This document shows positions 41,590 to 61,450 of a DNA stretch of 64,000 nt, one piece after another (the first letter of the stretch is position 1; each line of letters begins with the position of its first letter). The translations under genes and the position numbers were made by a program. The DNA comes from Bugula neritina. Its lineage: Eukaryota > Animalia > Bryozoa. The notes beneath the pieces were generated by a model. It worked only from the letters and a program-made list of their open reading frames with translations. It did not search any database and was not told where the DNA came from. Where the stretch lies: NCBI GenBank assembly GCA_964035545.1, contig OZ037769.1, positions 8,413,929-8,477,928 of the forward strand, written 5' to 3'.

Positions 41590-43918
41590 TATATAATGCT
41601 TACTCTCCACATAATCAGGACATAGTAATGAAAGGTGAAAGCTAGTATATCTAAACAATAGACATACACCTATAATCTATTGGAAACGTTATATTTGTAA
41701 AGCACTCATTCGTATTCTAAATAGTTAGAAAAAAATAATAGAACAAAAGAAAAAATAATATAAGTAAACTTGAATTACATGCATGTACTATATACATACT
41801 ATTCAATTTTTTTTATAACAAAAACGTTCACACATCACAAGTGTGCTAAATGGTTTATGTATCCACTTGTCACATGTTGCATTATTGTTTTTTGCAGGCA
41901 TTTTCATTTGTAATTTTTAATTCAATTTGAACATGCTTACTTTCAATTAATAATATATAGCTGCTTGCAGCAATGCTTTTTTGTTTTGGTCTTCCTACAT
42001 TTTATTTGCAAACTATAGAATTTTTTTACACAACAGTTTACTCTTATAACCACATCAAACAAAACTTTTTTTCTCTTTAAATTCAAATTCTCATTACTTA
42101 AAGTATAATTAATAATATAACCTATGTTTTTGTATGATATGATGAAAAATTCACCCAAGTACAAATACTCATAAATTGACATATACATGCTATACTACAG
42201 TAGGTAAAGCATTCATGGAAATTGCTATAGAGAATGATAAAAAATTTATCCAGCATTAAACAAACTTTATATAAAATAAAAAAGAACGAAAAAAAAAGAT
42301 TTTTGTTATATTTTATAACTTTTCTCCAATTTCAGAGGTTTTATTATTTCACCAGAATAATTATGTTGTAATTTAGTTATGGTATTAGTATATTATATCT
42401 ACATATTTCATTCTTTTTGTGAATGCAATTAATTCAAGTTACAAAGTTAAAGATTGTGTTCGACATTGAAATGAACACATGAGCTAATTAAAAGCTTTAC
42501 CCTAATTGGTTTACTTGAGGTAGCTAAAATACACTACTTAAATATAGATGAAAAACACACTCTTGTATACAAATGAACAATGTCTATGAGTACAGGTGTG
42601 ACATGAATGAGGAAAAATGGTGCATATTTTCTGAGCTTGATAGTTCTAAAGATGCCACAACAAATCTCCACAAAAAATACTGTAAGTAATCAATTGCTCA
42701 GTAATAGCACAAAGTATACCATGCAATCACTGCAATTACTGAGAATTTTCACTCATCCTCATTTCACGCAATTGATTGATATAAGTTTTTTGTTAATTTC
42801 ATTACTTCAAAAATGTTTAAGCAAATATATTTAATGATTGATACTAGTAAGTTTAAGAAACAGTGCTGCATGTACATCTTTGTTCACCTTTTGGAGTTAT
42901 TCTTTCATGACATGACTATAAATGACACTTTCAGCGTTAACAATTTAATTAAGTTTTAGAGCCAATATTTTAATTGATTTTATTTATTTCGTTTTATTTT
43001 AATGACAATTAGTATTTTCCAGTACTGCTCTAATTTATATCACTGTTTTTAATATAATAAAATAAGCTTTACACGTGAAAAAAATAGCTAGATCTTCATG
43101 GTGAATAGATACTGTACGAGTCTTTTACTTCATGTAATACACATCAGCAAATTATGACCTAACATTAAAGTTTGCTCAAAATTTATTGAAATTTGCCATT
43201 CGTGGTATTTTTATGTGCTGGTTCTAATTACGCATAAGTACAAAGGCTGGAAAAGGATTTTCCAACACTGCAAGTGCACGAAATTGTCTTATAAGCACTA
43301 AATATTATATATGTGCGATCGTCACAAAAAGCTGTGAAGGTTCACAAATCTAAATTAGCTAATCAAAAAGGAAAATTATAGAGAACTTAGCAAATTTAAA
43401 AATAACCTTTTTTATTTAGTTGTGTTTAATAATGATATGCTATTAGTTGTGGATGAAAACCCATATACATTAGCAGCAAATTAGAATAAATAGCTAAAAA
43501 ACTGGAGATTTCATGTGTGTACTAAATTAAGTAGAATGACCCATATAAGCTAAGTAGAAGCAAGTATATTCATAAAATACTAGGGCTTGCTGCGATAAGT
43601 TTGAGTCTCCACCAAATTCATTATTTATATGGAATAAAGCTCACGTATGATTATAATAGCCATTCCTGTGGGAAAACCTTAATAGAAAGGGTTTTGTTAA
43701 TTATAATTGGATGCTCTACCTAGCATCACCAATTGTCTTTGTCTGGTTTGAACCCTTGAATTTGTGTTTACTAAGCAAAAGATCTTACCCATATTCAGAG
43801 AAAATTAGAGCAGCACGCTGTCTTCTTAATATACGACAGGTATTTTTTTTAAACATTAGTTGCCATGGAGTTACATAATTCATATTAACAGAACAGACAA
43901 AGCGCCTATAATGAACAA

Positions 43919-44260
43919 TTGGCTGCCCCCCCCCATGGTCTTTCAGAGTGTGATACATTGAGAAAAATGTACAGAATTAGAAAGAAAGCTATACTAAAGT
44001 TTCTGGAAAAAGGAAAGTATAATTTGAGAACGCTTGGTAACATTAGTGCTTCTTCTCAGGCTTACTCTTTGCAAGCTACCAAGTTTATGCTAAGTTGCTA
44101 TGGTTATGCAAAATGCTTTTTCATGGCAGCTGCAAGACAAAATGCTTGGAAGACACCGGTCAGCAATGCCATTTGCAGCGTGTGGGTAACTTACGTACTT
44201 TGCCTTCCATATAAATATGAAGCTTTTCAATGGAAGAATACCAACAAGGCAAAAAACCTC
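43919..44260 (+). pseudogene. Decayed XPG/H3TH-like transposon protein fragment (Academ-like)
   Basis: HGLSECDTLRKMYRIRKK resembles H..SGCDT...Y.IGKK; the copy near 48703 reads HGLSGCDTV-like across an indel. Confidence 0.5.
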
Positions 44261-44267
44261 TGTCTTA

Positions 44268-44714
44268 AGTTGCGTTTATACCTCTGCTGAAAAAAGTACC
44301 GAGTTTAGGTTAATAACGCTTTTCCGGGTACCCCTTTATAGTCAAACTTAAACTCGTTGAAATCATATTGATGCGGTTGCTCACTTTCTGAAATTGAAAT
44401 TTGACTCGCATAATAGCTATTTGATGCCCTTTGTAAACGTCGTGAATTAGTGAAGCGGAAAGCATAAAAGCGATAATTGAGAAGGCGTAGGCTATATAAT
44501 TATAACCTTATGAGTACGTTGTCTAATCGCCAAAGTAATAACTAAATAACGATGTTTACAAGGAGTTATTACTCCTATTCTAAAATTGGCCGATTAAGTT
44601 ATCACAGTACAAAAATTTCAACGGGTGGCTTTTACAATGCAATGCAACTCGGAGAAATTTCAACCCGGCCAAATTGAAATTTTGACCGAAAATCGTGAAG
44701 GTATAAACGCAACT
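44268..44714 (+). mobile_element. Kolobok-like MITE
   Basis: TIRs AGTTGCGTTTATACC / GGTATAAACGCAACT at a TTAA site; empty site CCTTAAACC near 17973. Confidence 0.72.
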
Positions 44715-45598
44715 TCAAACCCACTACAACATTGGTGAGTGAAAGGAGATTTAGCAAAATATCTTGTCTTAAAAAAGAGTAGAAAATGACGTCATGCTTG
44801 CGCCAGACATTATTATATAGCAAGTGTGTCATTTTAGTTAATTTGGTACACACTCAATAACTCTAGCTTTTGGCTATTTTTCAAAATTTAGCTCTTATTG
44901 GATATATAGGTTTTTGCTTTAAACTATTACAATTTTAACAAATACAATTGAACTATTGCGGTTGATTAAACTTTTCATGCATTTTAATGTTTTTTTTCCA
45001 AATTCATAAAAACATTAAAATATATGGACCGTTATGGTACAAAAACATATATTGAGTTCATATGACAATGGCGTCCCACTTGAATATTGCCGGACCTCCT
45101 TCTAGTATGTTTTGCATAGTCAAATTCACTACCTTTGATTACCCCACTTAGTAAGTTTTCATAAACGTTGAGCAAAAATTTGTTTTTTGTCATAATTTGC
45201 TGATATGTACTAAATGAAGTAAAATGGCCTAAATTCATCAAATGCTCATGTGGAAACCAACAATCATACACAAGCAACGACATGTGGCTCTTCTAGTGCA
45301 TCTATCTCATGCAAAGAGTTCTGCGCTTGTGAAGCAGCAGCAGGAGTGTGTTGCAATAGGCTAACATTTCTAACAAATGCTAATGATTTAGAAGAATGAG
45401 AAAAGTGATGTCATCTGAACATAATCAACATTTTTTAGTATTTTTATGCTGACAGATATGGTCCATTTTTACTTTAACTGAGCAATCTGCTTCTGGATCC
45501 ATCCGTCGTTTGCTATTGACTGGCAATAGGCAGTGTTTTTCTTTATGTTACATCTGCCCAGCCAATTTCGCAAACTTTCTACTTTTCCATATATATAT

Positions 45599-45773
<175 letters not shown>

Positions 45774-45844
45774 TGTGTGTGTGTGCGTGTGCGTGTGCGT
45801 GTGAGTGTGCGTGCGCGTGTGGGTGTGTGTGTACCAGCCAATCA

Positions 45845-46525
45845 AACTCATTCACCCTCCACCTGAACTTAAGGTTATCATGATCAATAAAAAAATTGTT
45901 GTGCTTGCCTCAGACTTTACTTATCTGGAAAGCACTGCTTCCTGTACGGCAAAAATAGATAAAGAGCCATGGAGCAGACTAAGCAAAACAAGAGCGGTTT
46001 ACAGAAAGCTGTAACAAGGACTCTGAAATGACAGACTTTTATCCATCAAGACAAAGTGTAAAGTTTACTGAGCGGTGGTGCTCTCAAGTATGTTATATAG
46101 AGCAGAAACATGGACAATATTCAGGACACAAATGAAGAAGCTAAACGCTTTCATGATGAGGCAATTGAAAAACATAATGGCTGTAAAATGGTATGACAAA
46201 ATTAAAAATGAAGAAATATTAAGATGTGCCAATTTGCCAAGCATGGCTGAGATTTTTATAAAAAAAAACTTGAAATGGTTAGACCAAGTGCACAGGATCG
46301 AACATAGCCGACTCCCAAGGCAATTGCTCTATTCTCAGCTAAAAAACAGCCGACACACTAGAGGGCAACCTAGACTCAGACTTAAAGATATTGCCAAGAA
46401 GAATATGAAATGGAGATCAATCAACTTGAGTTCCTGGCAACAGAATTGCATGAAGGACTGCGACCAAATTTAAGCCAAATTCATAAAACAGTCATAGTCG
46501 TATTGACTGACTGCAAGAGAGAGAA
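45845..46525 (+). mobile_element. RTE-clade LINE 3' fragment
   Basis: FTYL(G)S-like motif, VLSSMLYRAETWT, W.DKIKNEEIL, RLPRQLLYSQL, RGQPRLRLKD; stops present. Confidence 0.88.
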
Positions 46526-49417
46526 TGTGTGTAACAGTTCTGTTTATTGTTTTTGAACTTTTATTTGCATTTAAGTTAATCATGCTCACTTTCAATCAAT
46601 AATACATATGGTCACTTTACAGCACTTATTTCTTATGTGCAATCTATAAAAATATTTTTACAAAATAGTTTTTATTTACAAGTACTCCAAAAAAATGTTT
46701 TCTTTTCAAAGTTAAATTATATGCACCATTTAAAAGAGAAATAATGTATGTTTCATGTAAGATAAGAATTTCACACATGTGCAAGTGCATATAAATTTAT
46801 ATAGACTACCACAGCGGGCAAAATCTTCATGTTAATTTCTAGAGAATGATACATTTTTACCAATCGGAACATAAACCTTTTTATATAAAATAAAAAGGAG
46901 AAATTCTTTTTGTTACTTCATTTTTCTTTTACATCAGACTGTTTTAGTAAATTTTTCCACAATAACAAGTTTACAACTGCATTTGCTTGATAATTATTAA
47001 TATATCAGCTGTATTAACACTTTTTTGCAATGCGATGAATTCAATTTACATTATATAGTTAAATATTGGGTGCGACCCTGAAATAAGCACATGAGCTGAC
47101 TAGAAGCTTAACCATGATTGGTTTACTTGAGAGGTAGCTAAAATGCAATACTAAACATGCATAAAAAGACACAGTTTTGCATTAAAGAACTAAGCAATTG
47201 TTATGAGTACAGGTGTGATATGAATGAGTAAAAATAGTGAATTTCCCAAGTCTGATAACTCCGAAGCAGCCACAAAAACTCTTCACAAAAACCACTGTAA
47301 ACAATCAATTGCTCAATATATTAGCACAAACCATACTGAGTCTTTCATACAATTACTGTATATAACTACTATTTTTTTGTTAATTTCGGTTCTTCAAAAA
47401 AATATTTTATGATTGATACCCTTAAGTTTAGAAAACAATTCTGTACATCTTTGTTAATAAACCTTTTTTGGAGTTGTTCTCTCATGATATAATTACGAAT
47501 GAAACTTTCAGCGTTTCAGTATAATACAGTTTTGGAGCCAATATTTTAATTAATTTCACCTATTAATTTTTTCCACTAATACTCTAATCTATATCATTGT
47601 TTTTTAATATAATAAACTAAACTTTATAAATGCAAAAAATAGTTAGACCTTCATGATGATGCAGATAATATATTATACAATTATTTTGCTTTATTTAGTA
47701 CACATCACCAGATTATTACATAACATCAAAGTTTACCGAAAATATATTAAACTTTACTATACGTGGTATTTGTATGTGCTGGTTCCATTTATGCATAACA
47801 ACAAAGGCTGGGAGGGGATTCCCAACATCTAAAGCACACGGCATTGTCATATGCACTAAATATTATATATGTGCGACCATCACAAAAAACTGTGAGGGTT
47901 CACAAATCCAATTTAGCTAAATAATTAGAAAAAATGTAGATAATTGAGCAAAAATAAAAATAACCTTAATTACCGTATTTATTTCTATCTATTGATATGC
48001 CACTGGTTTTGAACAAAAGCCATTATACATTAGCAGCTAAATTTGAAAAAAAATTTAAAAACTCGAGATTTTGAGTGTGTAATAAATCGAGTAAAATGAC
48101 CCATAAAAGCTGAATATAAAAGGATATTTAGCAAATACCACAGCTTGCTGCGATAAGTTTGAATCTCTACCAAATTTGTCAATTATATGAAATAAAACTC
48201 ACATTAGATTTTAACAGCCACTTCTGCGAGAAAACCCCTGATGGAAAGGCTTTTTGGTAATTACAACATTTCTAACATTCCTTTGTCTAGTTCGAACTCA
48301 TGGATTTGTGTTCACTAAGCGAAAGCTCTAACCCATAGACTGTGGATGCTTCAATCGACTATGAAAACTGCTTGAAATAGGGGGGAATGAGAGATGCCAA
48401 GACCAAGTTGAATCTCAAAAAGGCTCTAAAAGTAAAAGTGTTAGATGGAGTGTTATGAGCAAAAGCTTCCTTCATAGATGGGTGAGCCATGTGTTAGGTA
48501 ATTTCATAGCTAAGCACCGGTATTGATTAAATCTTTTTTAATAGATCCACAAAACAGATTCAAAGAAAATTAGAGCAGCATGCTGTCTTCTTGATATTTG
48601 ACAGGTATTTATTTTTAACATCAGTTGCCATAAAGTTACATAATTCATATTAACAGAAGAGTCCAAGACAAAGTGCCTATAATGAACAATTTGCTGCCTC
48701 CCCATGGTCTCTCAGGTGTGATACAGTAAGAACAATGTAGTACAATATTGGAAAGAGAATCGAGTGTGCTGCAATGAACTAACATTTTTAATTTAAAATG
48801 CTAATAATCCAGAAAAATGAGAAAAGTGGTGTAATCTGAACATTATCAACATTTTTTAGTATTTATATAAATACAGATATGATCTATATTAACTTTAGCT
48901 TAGCAATCACTTCTGAATCCTTTGTCGTTTGCTGTTTACTCGAAATAAGCAATGTTTTTGGCTTTATATTATATTTGCCCAGACAATTTCAAAAGCCTTC
49001 TACTATTTCTCTGTATCACAACTTGTGATTTGTTTTAAATAAACTCAAAATTTTGAGCTGAGCAACATGTCTCTTGGCTCTTTACTTTTATTCCTATTTA
49101 TTGGTATTGCACATATTTGTTCCAAAATTGTGCATCTATTTGAATCATCAAACAAAGAATTCTTTTTTTTATAATATATGCTTTATGCCTGCTACTGATT
49201 AGGATCTGTTCATTTTTGGGAATCATTTTAGATTTCTAAAATGCTCAAGGGTGGCAGGTCCACACCTATCTGAAATTATTCACCTGAACCCTTGAGATAA
49301 ATAATCAGGAGAGAATAAAACTCTAACTCAATTTGGGGTCCTAACCCCAAGGTCTGCCAGAGTATAAAACAAAGATAAAGCGCACCTTCATTGTCATATG
49401 AGCTAAATATATATATG

Positions 49418-49473
<56 letters not shown>

Positions 49474-50931
49474 ATGGCGATGTAAAACATACCCGCACAT
49501 AATTTTACTAAGGAATTTGGAAAAAGAAACTTAGAAACTCTAGTACAAAATTTGATAAAAGTAGCTAATTTGTGAAAAGTAGCTTGTACTAGCAATGGTA
49601 TTCACACATACTTTAAATTTCTACTGATTTTATGTGCATATTCTATATATCATGGAAACTAGACATGGTCCGTTTGGAAGGAGACAATTTCATAATCCAA
49701 ATGCTTTTAGAAGAACTTGTGAAAAGGGTCTATTGACTCTTAAAATTCCAATTCCCAACACATCTCTTCAACTTAAGCGGTTTTATTTACTTTGATCATG
49801 CATGAAGTCAACATTGATACGAGTCTTATTTAAATGAAAAATATATAAATAATGTTATGAAACTATTTTGATAGCCTATAAAAAGAAAAATTGAAAAACT
49901 AATTATAAAATAATAAGGTTAGGTTATTCAAAACATTGATTTAAATTTTTGTTACTTGTTAGGATTTCCAGTATGAAGAACTATAATAACTTTATAATTA
50001 CCCTTTCAAAAGGAATTTTATTGCGCAAAAAAATATGGTTCTGAAGCACAAACGACTAACACCTTAAAAACATATAAATATGATAAAAACCATGGTACAT
50101 GATAGCATGAAGTAATCATACTTGCCATTAGTTATATAACAAAAACACTGTGCTGGAACAACTGAACATAAAATTACAAGGTATATTACAGCACATCGAG
50201 TACATATAGTCATTACAAGGCAAGAACACTACAATGTATCACGATATTTTATGTAGATATGTTATAGTTATATAACCATATTAACAGGTGACTGGTCTTT
50301 ACATAGCTATCATAATAAAAGTCTACATCTGAAAGGTGACTAGCTGTGACAAATGCTCATACATACATGCTTCCATACATACATATACGCACACCAGCAT
50401 ATGTACATACATAGAATGCACATACATAAATACATGCATCAATACATACATACATACATACGTACATATACATAGATTAATACCTACATGATGTACATGC
50501 ATACATGCATCTATCAACACATACATACTTGCATACGTCCTTCGATCAATACATACATGTATGCACATATACACACATCAATATTTACATGCAAGGATGC
50601 TACATATGAAACTCTAGCATATTTCTAAATATAATATCTATTATTATACGTAAATTCCAGTGCACATACATAAAGTAAAATAAGTAAGGTAAAATACATA
50701 GGTAAAATATAGGCTACTCAATAATTTGTCTTTGTTTGGTTTCAAAAGTTTATTGACCACAACAAAGTTTTATTTTTTGTTTTTGCGGTGATTTTGTATA
50801 CCAATGATTTGCTTCAAAATAAATATATTATCATACTATTAGGCACTTTTTCTCAGCATTTTGATGTTCACATGATTTTACAATTATCATATTAATATAA
50901 TAATATTAAAAACTGAGTAAGATACAGCTGT

Positions 50932-56362
<5,431 letters not shown>

Positions 56363-56985
56363 CTAAAAAGAATACACAGGTAAAGGATAATAATCAAATA
56401 CTTTTGACTGTTATCAAAGTGATAGAGGTGGACAGATGCAACTATTTGACATCCATCTATAAAGTTGCTAGGGCAGCTAGTATTGGTGGAAAATTTCTAG
56501 TCAGCTGAGTGAATGAATTCTAACTGTTGAACGATTACATGAGCTTGAAAAGCGTTTCTCAATCTGTTATAACTTTTAAATCTTGACAGATATTTTAATT
56601 ATAAATCATTGTGCTTTTTCGACAGTAATTCTGGCTACCACAGAAAAGCTAACCTTTTTGACTGGTATATAAATCTAAGATTTTCTATTATTCATTCATT
56701 AATTTTTTCACTCGCAGATTGCAACTCATAATTTAAAACTTATCACTTATAATTTTTCTCGTTGCTCTCTTCAATCAGTCTGCGACAAAAAATATGTCTA
56801 TATATTCAAACACAACATTAACTTTGAAAGTATAATATTATAATCATAAAAATTATCAGGACATGGCCTGTTTAACTAGACACATGTGAAATGTTTGTTT
56901 GCCATAAATAAAAGCTTCAGCAATTTATTGAGAAACACCCTATTCCGTAAAAACATTACGAAAGGTATTTATTATCAAGACACAT

Positions 56986-57797
56986 TGTGGTGAATATCAG
57001 AGTTATCCCCCTTGACACATTACTTATGGCAATTTTTCTAAATACTGTAGTTATAGCTAAGTCTGTGGCGTAACTTTCTAATACCTTAAATACTATAGCC
57101 ATTGTTAAGCTTTTAGCTTAGTAAATAGTTGATCTCTTTTCCCACAATTACAAGTTACAATAGGCATACACAAGGTTGGTTCAATTTTGCCGATTCATGT
57201 AAACCGACCCATAAATTTGTGATTTATGCACTGAAAATGCCATATTTTTTCATAGTAAATTAGCAGCGCACAGTGCTCCACGCTTCAATGAGCACGTAGG
57301 GATGTGAAGATATTGGCGCGTACATGCTAATTACAGGTTTGCTAGCTGGCAGACTATAATGCTTTGTACTTTGTTTATGTAACACCTATAATGGCATTTT
57401 GATAGATAACGCAGCCCTAATAAAGGTTGCTGTTTATTGGTTGTAGTTTGATCTTAGGCTAAACAATTGCAAGTAGGCAACACGCATGCTACCCGCAGGG
57501 TAGTAATATTCAAGAACCTAAACTACATTTTCAGAGAAATTTGTGATATCCTTAGTGAGGATGCCCTTAACTATCCTGTGCACTGTCAGTTGAAGGTTGT
57601 AGAATTCCTTTGTCTTGCTAGTATAAAAGGAAGCTTATTCTGAGCTTCAGTCACTTGAAGACTGGAGCTCGGACTAGAAGGATCAAATACAGAAATAAAG
57701 ATATACAGCGCACACTATTCTAAACTATCTTATCTCTTCTCTTACAAGGAGTTACGCTCTCTGCTTGATTGCATTCAATAACCCACAAGTTACTTCA
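56986..57797 (+). repeat. 5' LTR of Gypsy B
   Basis: TATAAAAGG near 57622, AATAAA near 57693; 3' end fixed by homology with 63527; followed by TGCTGGCAGCTTTGG, a degenerate tRNA-Leu-type PBS. 5' start (TGTGG) is tentative. Confidence 0.68.
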
Positions 57798-58506
57798 CTG
57801 CTGGCAGCTTTGGAAGAGATAAGGAAAGAAACCAGATGGCGAGGATAGGAGAGAAAAGAAGAGAGGTTCTCACCCTGGATAGCCTGGTGACCGCCCTCCG
57901 AGAAGTTGGCTGGGCCAAACCGGCACCACCTGGTGACAGGTACCGCCTTCGGCCGCTAATTTTCAGAGGTGACTGCGATGTTGAGTAGTTCCCTGCAGTT
58001 CACCATGTTGTTAGACATGATGAAGAGCCTGCAAATAGAGGTTGTGAGGCTGCAACAGCAACAGGAAAGCTAGAGGACGCCCGATGTTCAGAACAACCCA
58101 ATCAAGCCAAACCAACCCACTTGCTGGGGGTGTGGCGCCTTGAATCACACCCAGCGGCAATGTCCCTGTAAGGGGAGGATGCTTTTAAACATCAGAGGCT
58201 TACAGTAAATTCTGCCAACCGTGAGCCGGGTCAAGCTCTATCCTGGGAGGTACTGAGGCCTTACATGGGAGGACGACAGATGGAACGGCCAACACTGGAT
58301 GGTCGAGTCTTCAGAAAAGGGGGCCCAGGGGCCCACCTAGACCTCCTGTTTTGCCGAGAAGTATCCAGAAGAAGCCAGCTGACGCAGGGTGGTAAGCACC
58401 CCCGAGATCTTGAAAACCGCAAATTTTTCCAGAACCTCCAGCCTGGCCACTCCACAACCGATTTGCGGAGTTAACCGATAAGGTCATAGAAGAAGATACA
58501 GCTTAC

Positions 58507-61450
58507 TTGCGAGAGTTTCCCAAGCTATCTTCTAGACCTCCGAAAACCCCCGCGATTGTAAAGACAAGGAGGCGACTCACCGTGGTAACTCAAAAAGTGT
58601 CACCCGCAGAGGCCGACCAGGTGAAAAGTGTTCAGCCATACGGAAGCAGCTACTTCCTACCTGGGAAGATTGCGGGAACAGCTGCCATCTTCCTGCTGGA
58701 CACCGGTTGTACTACCAACCTACTGAGTTGGCGCCCCCTTGACACCCTTGGGGCCCACGTGAGGGCCAGTTTTGAGCCGTATGAGGGAGTGCATGATACG
58801 TTGGTGGACGGATCAGGCATTCCCTTCTACGGCGTTCTCATTCTACATGGACGGGTCCGTGATCAGGTGATTTACAAAACTTTCATTGTCAGCCATCTGA
58901 AGGAGGACGCCATTCTGGGCATGCTGTTCCTGGAGAAATACCAGTGTCGCATGGACTTCCAGAATTCTGCATTGGTTGTGGCTGGCAAGGAAATTGTCTG
59001 CGTTGACAAGTTTGACAGGCCCTTGGTGGGCGGAGTCCGGGCAGTTCAGGACTGCACGGTACCCGGACAGTCTCAGGCTACTCTACGCTGCAAGGTTAAC
59101 TGCAAGAGGATAGCCAACGGCAGTACATCCCCGGGTTCGCAGGAGTTGCACAGCCTCTGAATCGGCTAACGGCTAAGGGGGCCCGGTGGCAGTGGACACA
59201 GGAGGAGCAACAGGCGTTTGACCACTTCAAGAATCAGCTAACGGAGGCGCCTATCCTGGCGTATCCTGATCAAGCCAATGAGTACATCCTGGACACGGAC
59301 ACCAGTGACCACAGCGTGGGAGCTGTTCTGTCACAGGTCCAAGGTGGGACTGAAGTGGTGGTAGCCTACTACAGCAAGACTCTCTCGACTGCAGAGAAGA
59401 ACTACTGCACCACCAGGAAAATACTTCTGGCAGTAGTCAAGGCGGTCAAGCACTTCCGGCCATATATGTATGAGAGAGCGTTCAAGTTGCAAACAGACCA
59501 TGCATTTCTGATATGGCTGTATAAACGTGCAGAGCCCTCGAGCCAGGTGGCCCGTTGGCTGGAGATTCTTGCTGAGTTCTCCTACAGGATTGAGCATCGT
59601 GTTGGGAAAAAGCACGGGAACGCCAACGGGATGAGCCGACGGCTGGATGGGAGCTGTAGGCAGTGTTTGCACATCAAAAGACGAGATGAACGACCTGCCC
59701 ACCTTGACATGGAGAACCAGTTGAGAGACGACGATGTCCATAATTGGGAACGCGGCTATCTTTAGTCCGAACATCCACCGGATACCGACAACGCCCTACA
59801 GGCCAACACCACGCTGTATAGAAATTTCAAGGAGCTGAGGTGACTCCAGCAGACACTGCCGGGTGCAGTAGCTGACATCTTTCGAGCCAAGAAGGAGGGC
59901 CACCAAACTACCGAGGAACAGCAGCGACAAGGGGACGTCAAGTACCGACACCTCTGTAGCTACTAGGATTCTTTCAAGGTCAGCCAGGATGGCCTCCTCA
60001 CCATAACACTCGCAGCAGACAACCACCAAGGGAGGGAGTGCGTCGTATGTCCTTGCGCCCTACGGCGAGAACTAATCTGGGACACTCACAAACAGGCCCA
60101 TGCTGAGGTCAGTCGGGTCATCAGGTGTCTACGGCTGCGCTGGTACTGGCTCGGACTGACTCGGGACGTTCGAATGCGGATACGGCAGTGCGAGCTCTGT
60201 CAGGCTAGCAAGCATGTCCGCCCTACAGAGACCATGGGTCGGCGCCGGCTGTATGCTGGTCGGCCAAGGCAGAAAGTGGTGGTGGACCTAGTTGGATCAA
60301 TGCCGTTATCCATCAGAGGGAATACCTGGACACTGGTACTCATGGACCACTTCACTTGGTGCGCTGACACTCTGGCTATACCAGATGTGTCAGCTCCCAC
60401 CGTGGCCGGAGCCCTAGATCAGCAAGTGTTTTGCTACTTTGGATTTCTCGAACAGATCCACACTGACCAGGGCGCCCAGTTCCACTCCCAGTTAATGGGC
60501 GACCTCTGCCGGATTTGGGGGTGGTAACCCAGAGCTGGACTACCCCATATCACCCGCAAGAGAACCAAGTCGGAGAGAGGAACAATACTGTCAGGGGATG
60601 CCCTCCGAAGCCTGCTCCTAGGCCCGGGTCAGGAAGAATGGGATGCAGTGTTGCCTCAAATCATGTTGGCCTACCGCAGCACACCACACTCCAGTACTCT
60701 AGAGACCCCAAACTTCCTTATGCTCGGTCAGGAGACCTGGGTCCCAGAGCACCTAACCTACCATGTTTCAGCACCCGAGTCCCCCGTACATGAGTACGCG
60801 GGGAAGCTCATAGAGACCATAGAAGAAGCCCACGAAGCACTGCGGGAACAGCAGTGGCAGACGAGGACAAAGGACTCTGAAGAGTCTCCTACCTGCATCA
60901 AGTCGGGGACTGGGTACGGATGGTGAGCTACCGCTGGCAACGTGGACAGTTGGCTAAACTTCAGCCCAAGTTTGTGGGGCCCAACTGCGTGATAGAGGTT
61001 TTACCCAACAACACGCACGTTGTAGATCCCTCAGGACCGGTCTCGGTCTAGAACGTGCAACGGTTAAAACCGTCTCAAGGCAGCCTGGACACTGCGGGGC
61101 AGGCATCTACCCTACTGGAGCCAGCCCGCCAACCCATTTCTAGAGAATGGGTGGCTCGACCCAGGGAGGTGGACACTCTCGTCTATGACACAGTCAAACA
61201 GGACAGGGCACCAGAGAATGTGCCCTTGACTGAAGTGGGTGATCCAGGGAGTCCTCTCCCTAGGGCACCCACATCACAACCTGAAGCACCGGTGTCACTG
61301 GAGAGTCAATCAAGAAGCAGGAGATCCCCGAGTTGTCTGGCAGATTACCATGTGGGGCCAGTGGATATACTCCCACAACAGAATAACCCGCCTAGTTCAG
61401 GCATAATATATTTCAATCCCCACATTCCCAGATACCCACAGAGGCGTTGA
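58507..61450 (+). pseudogene. pol: Gypsy B pol pseudogene
   Basis: ORF fragments 58507-59160, 59316-59765, 60174-60527, 60648-60926 and 61055-61450 are collinear with a Gypsy pol; all but the first match Gypsy A. Confidence 0.9.
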
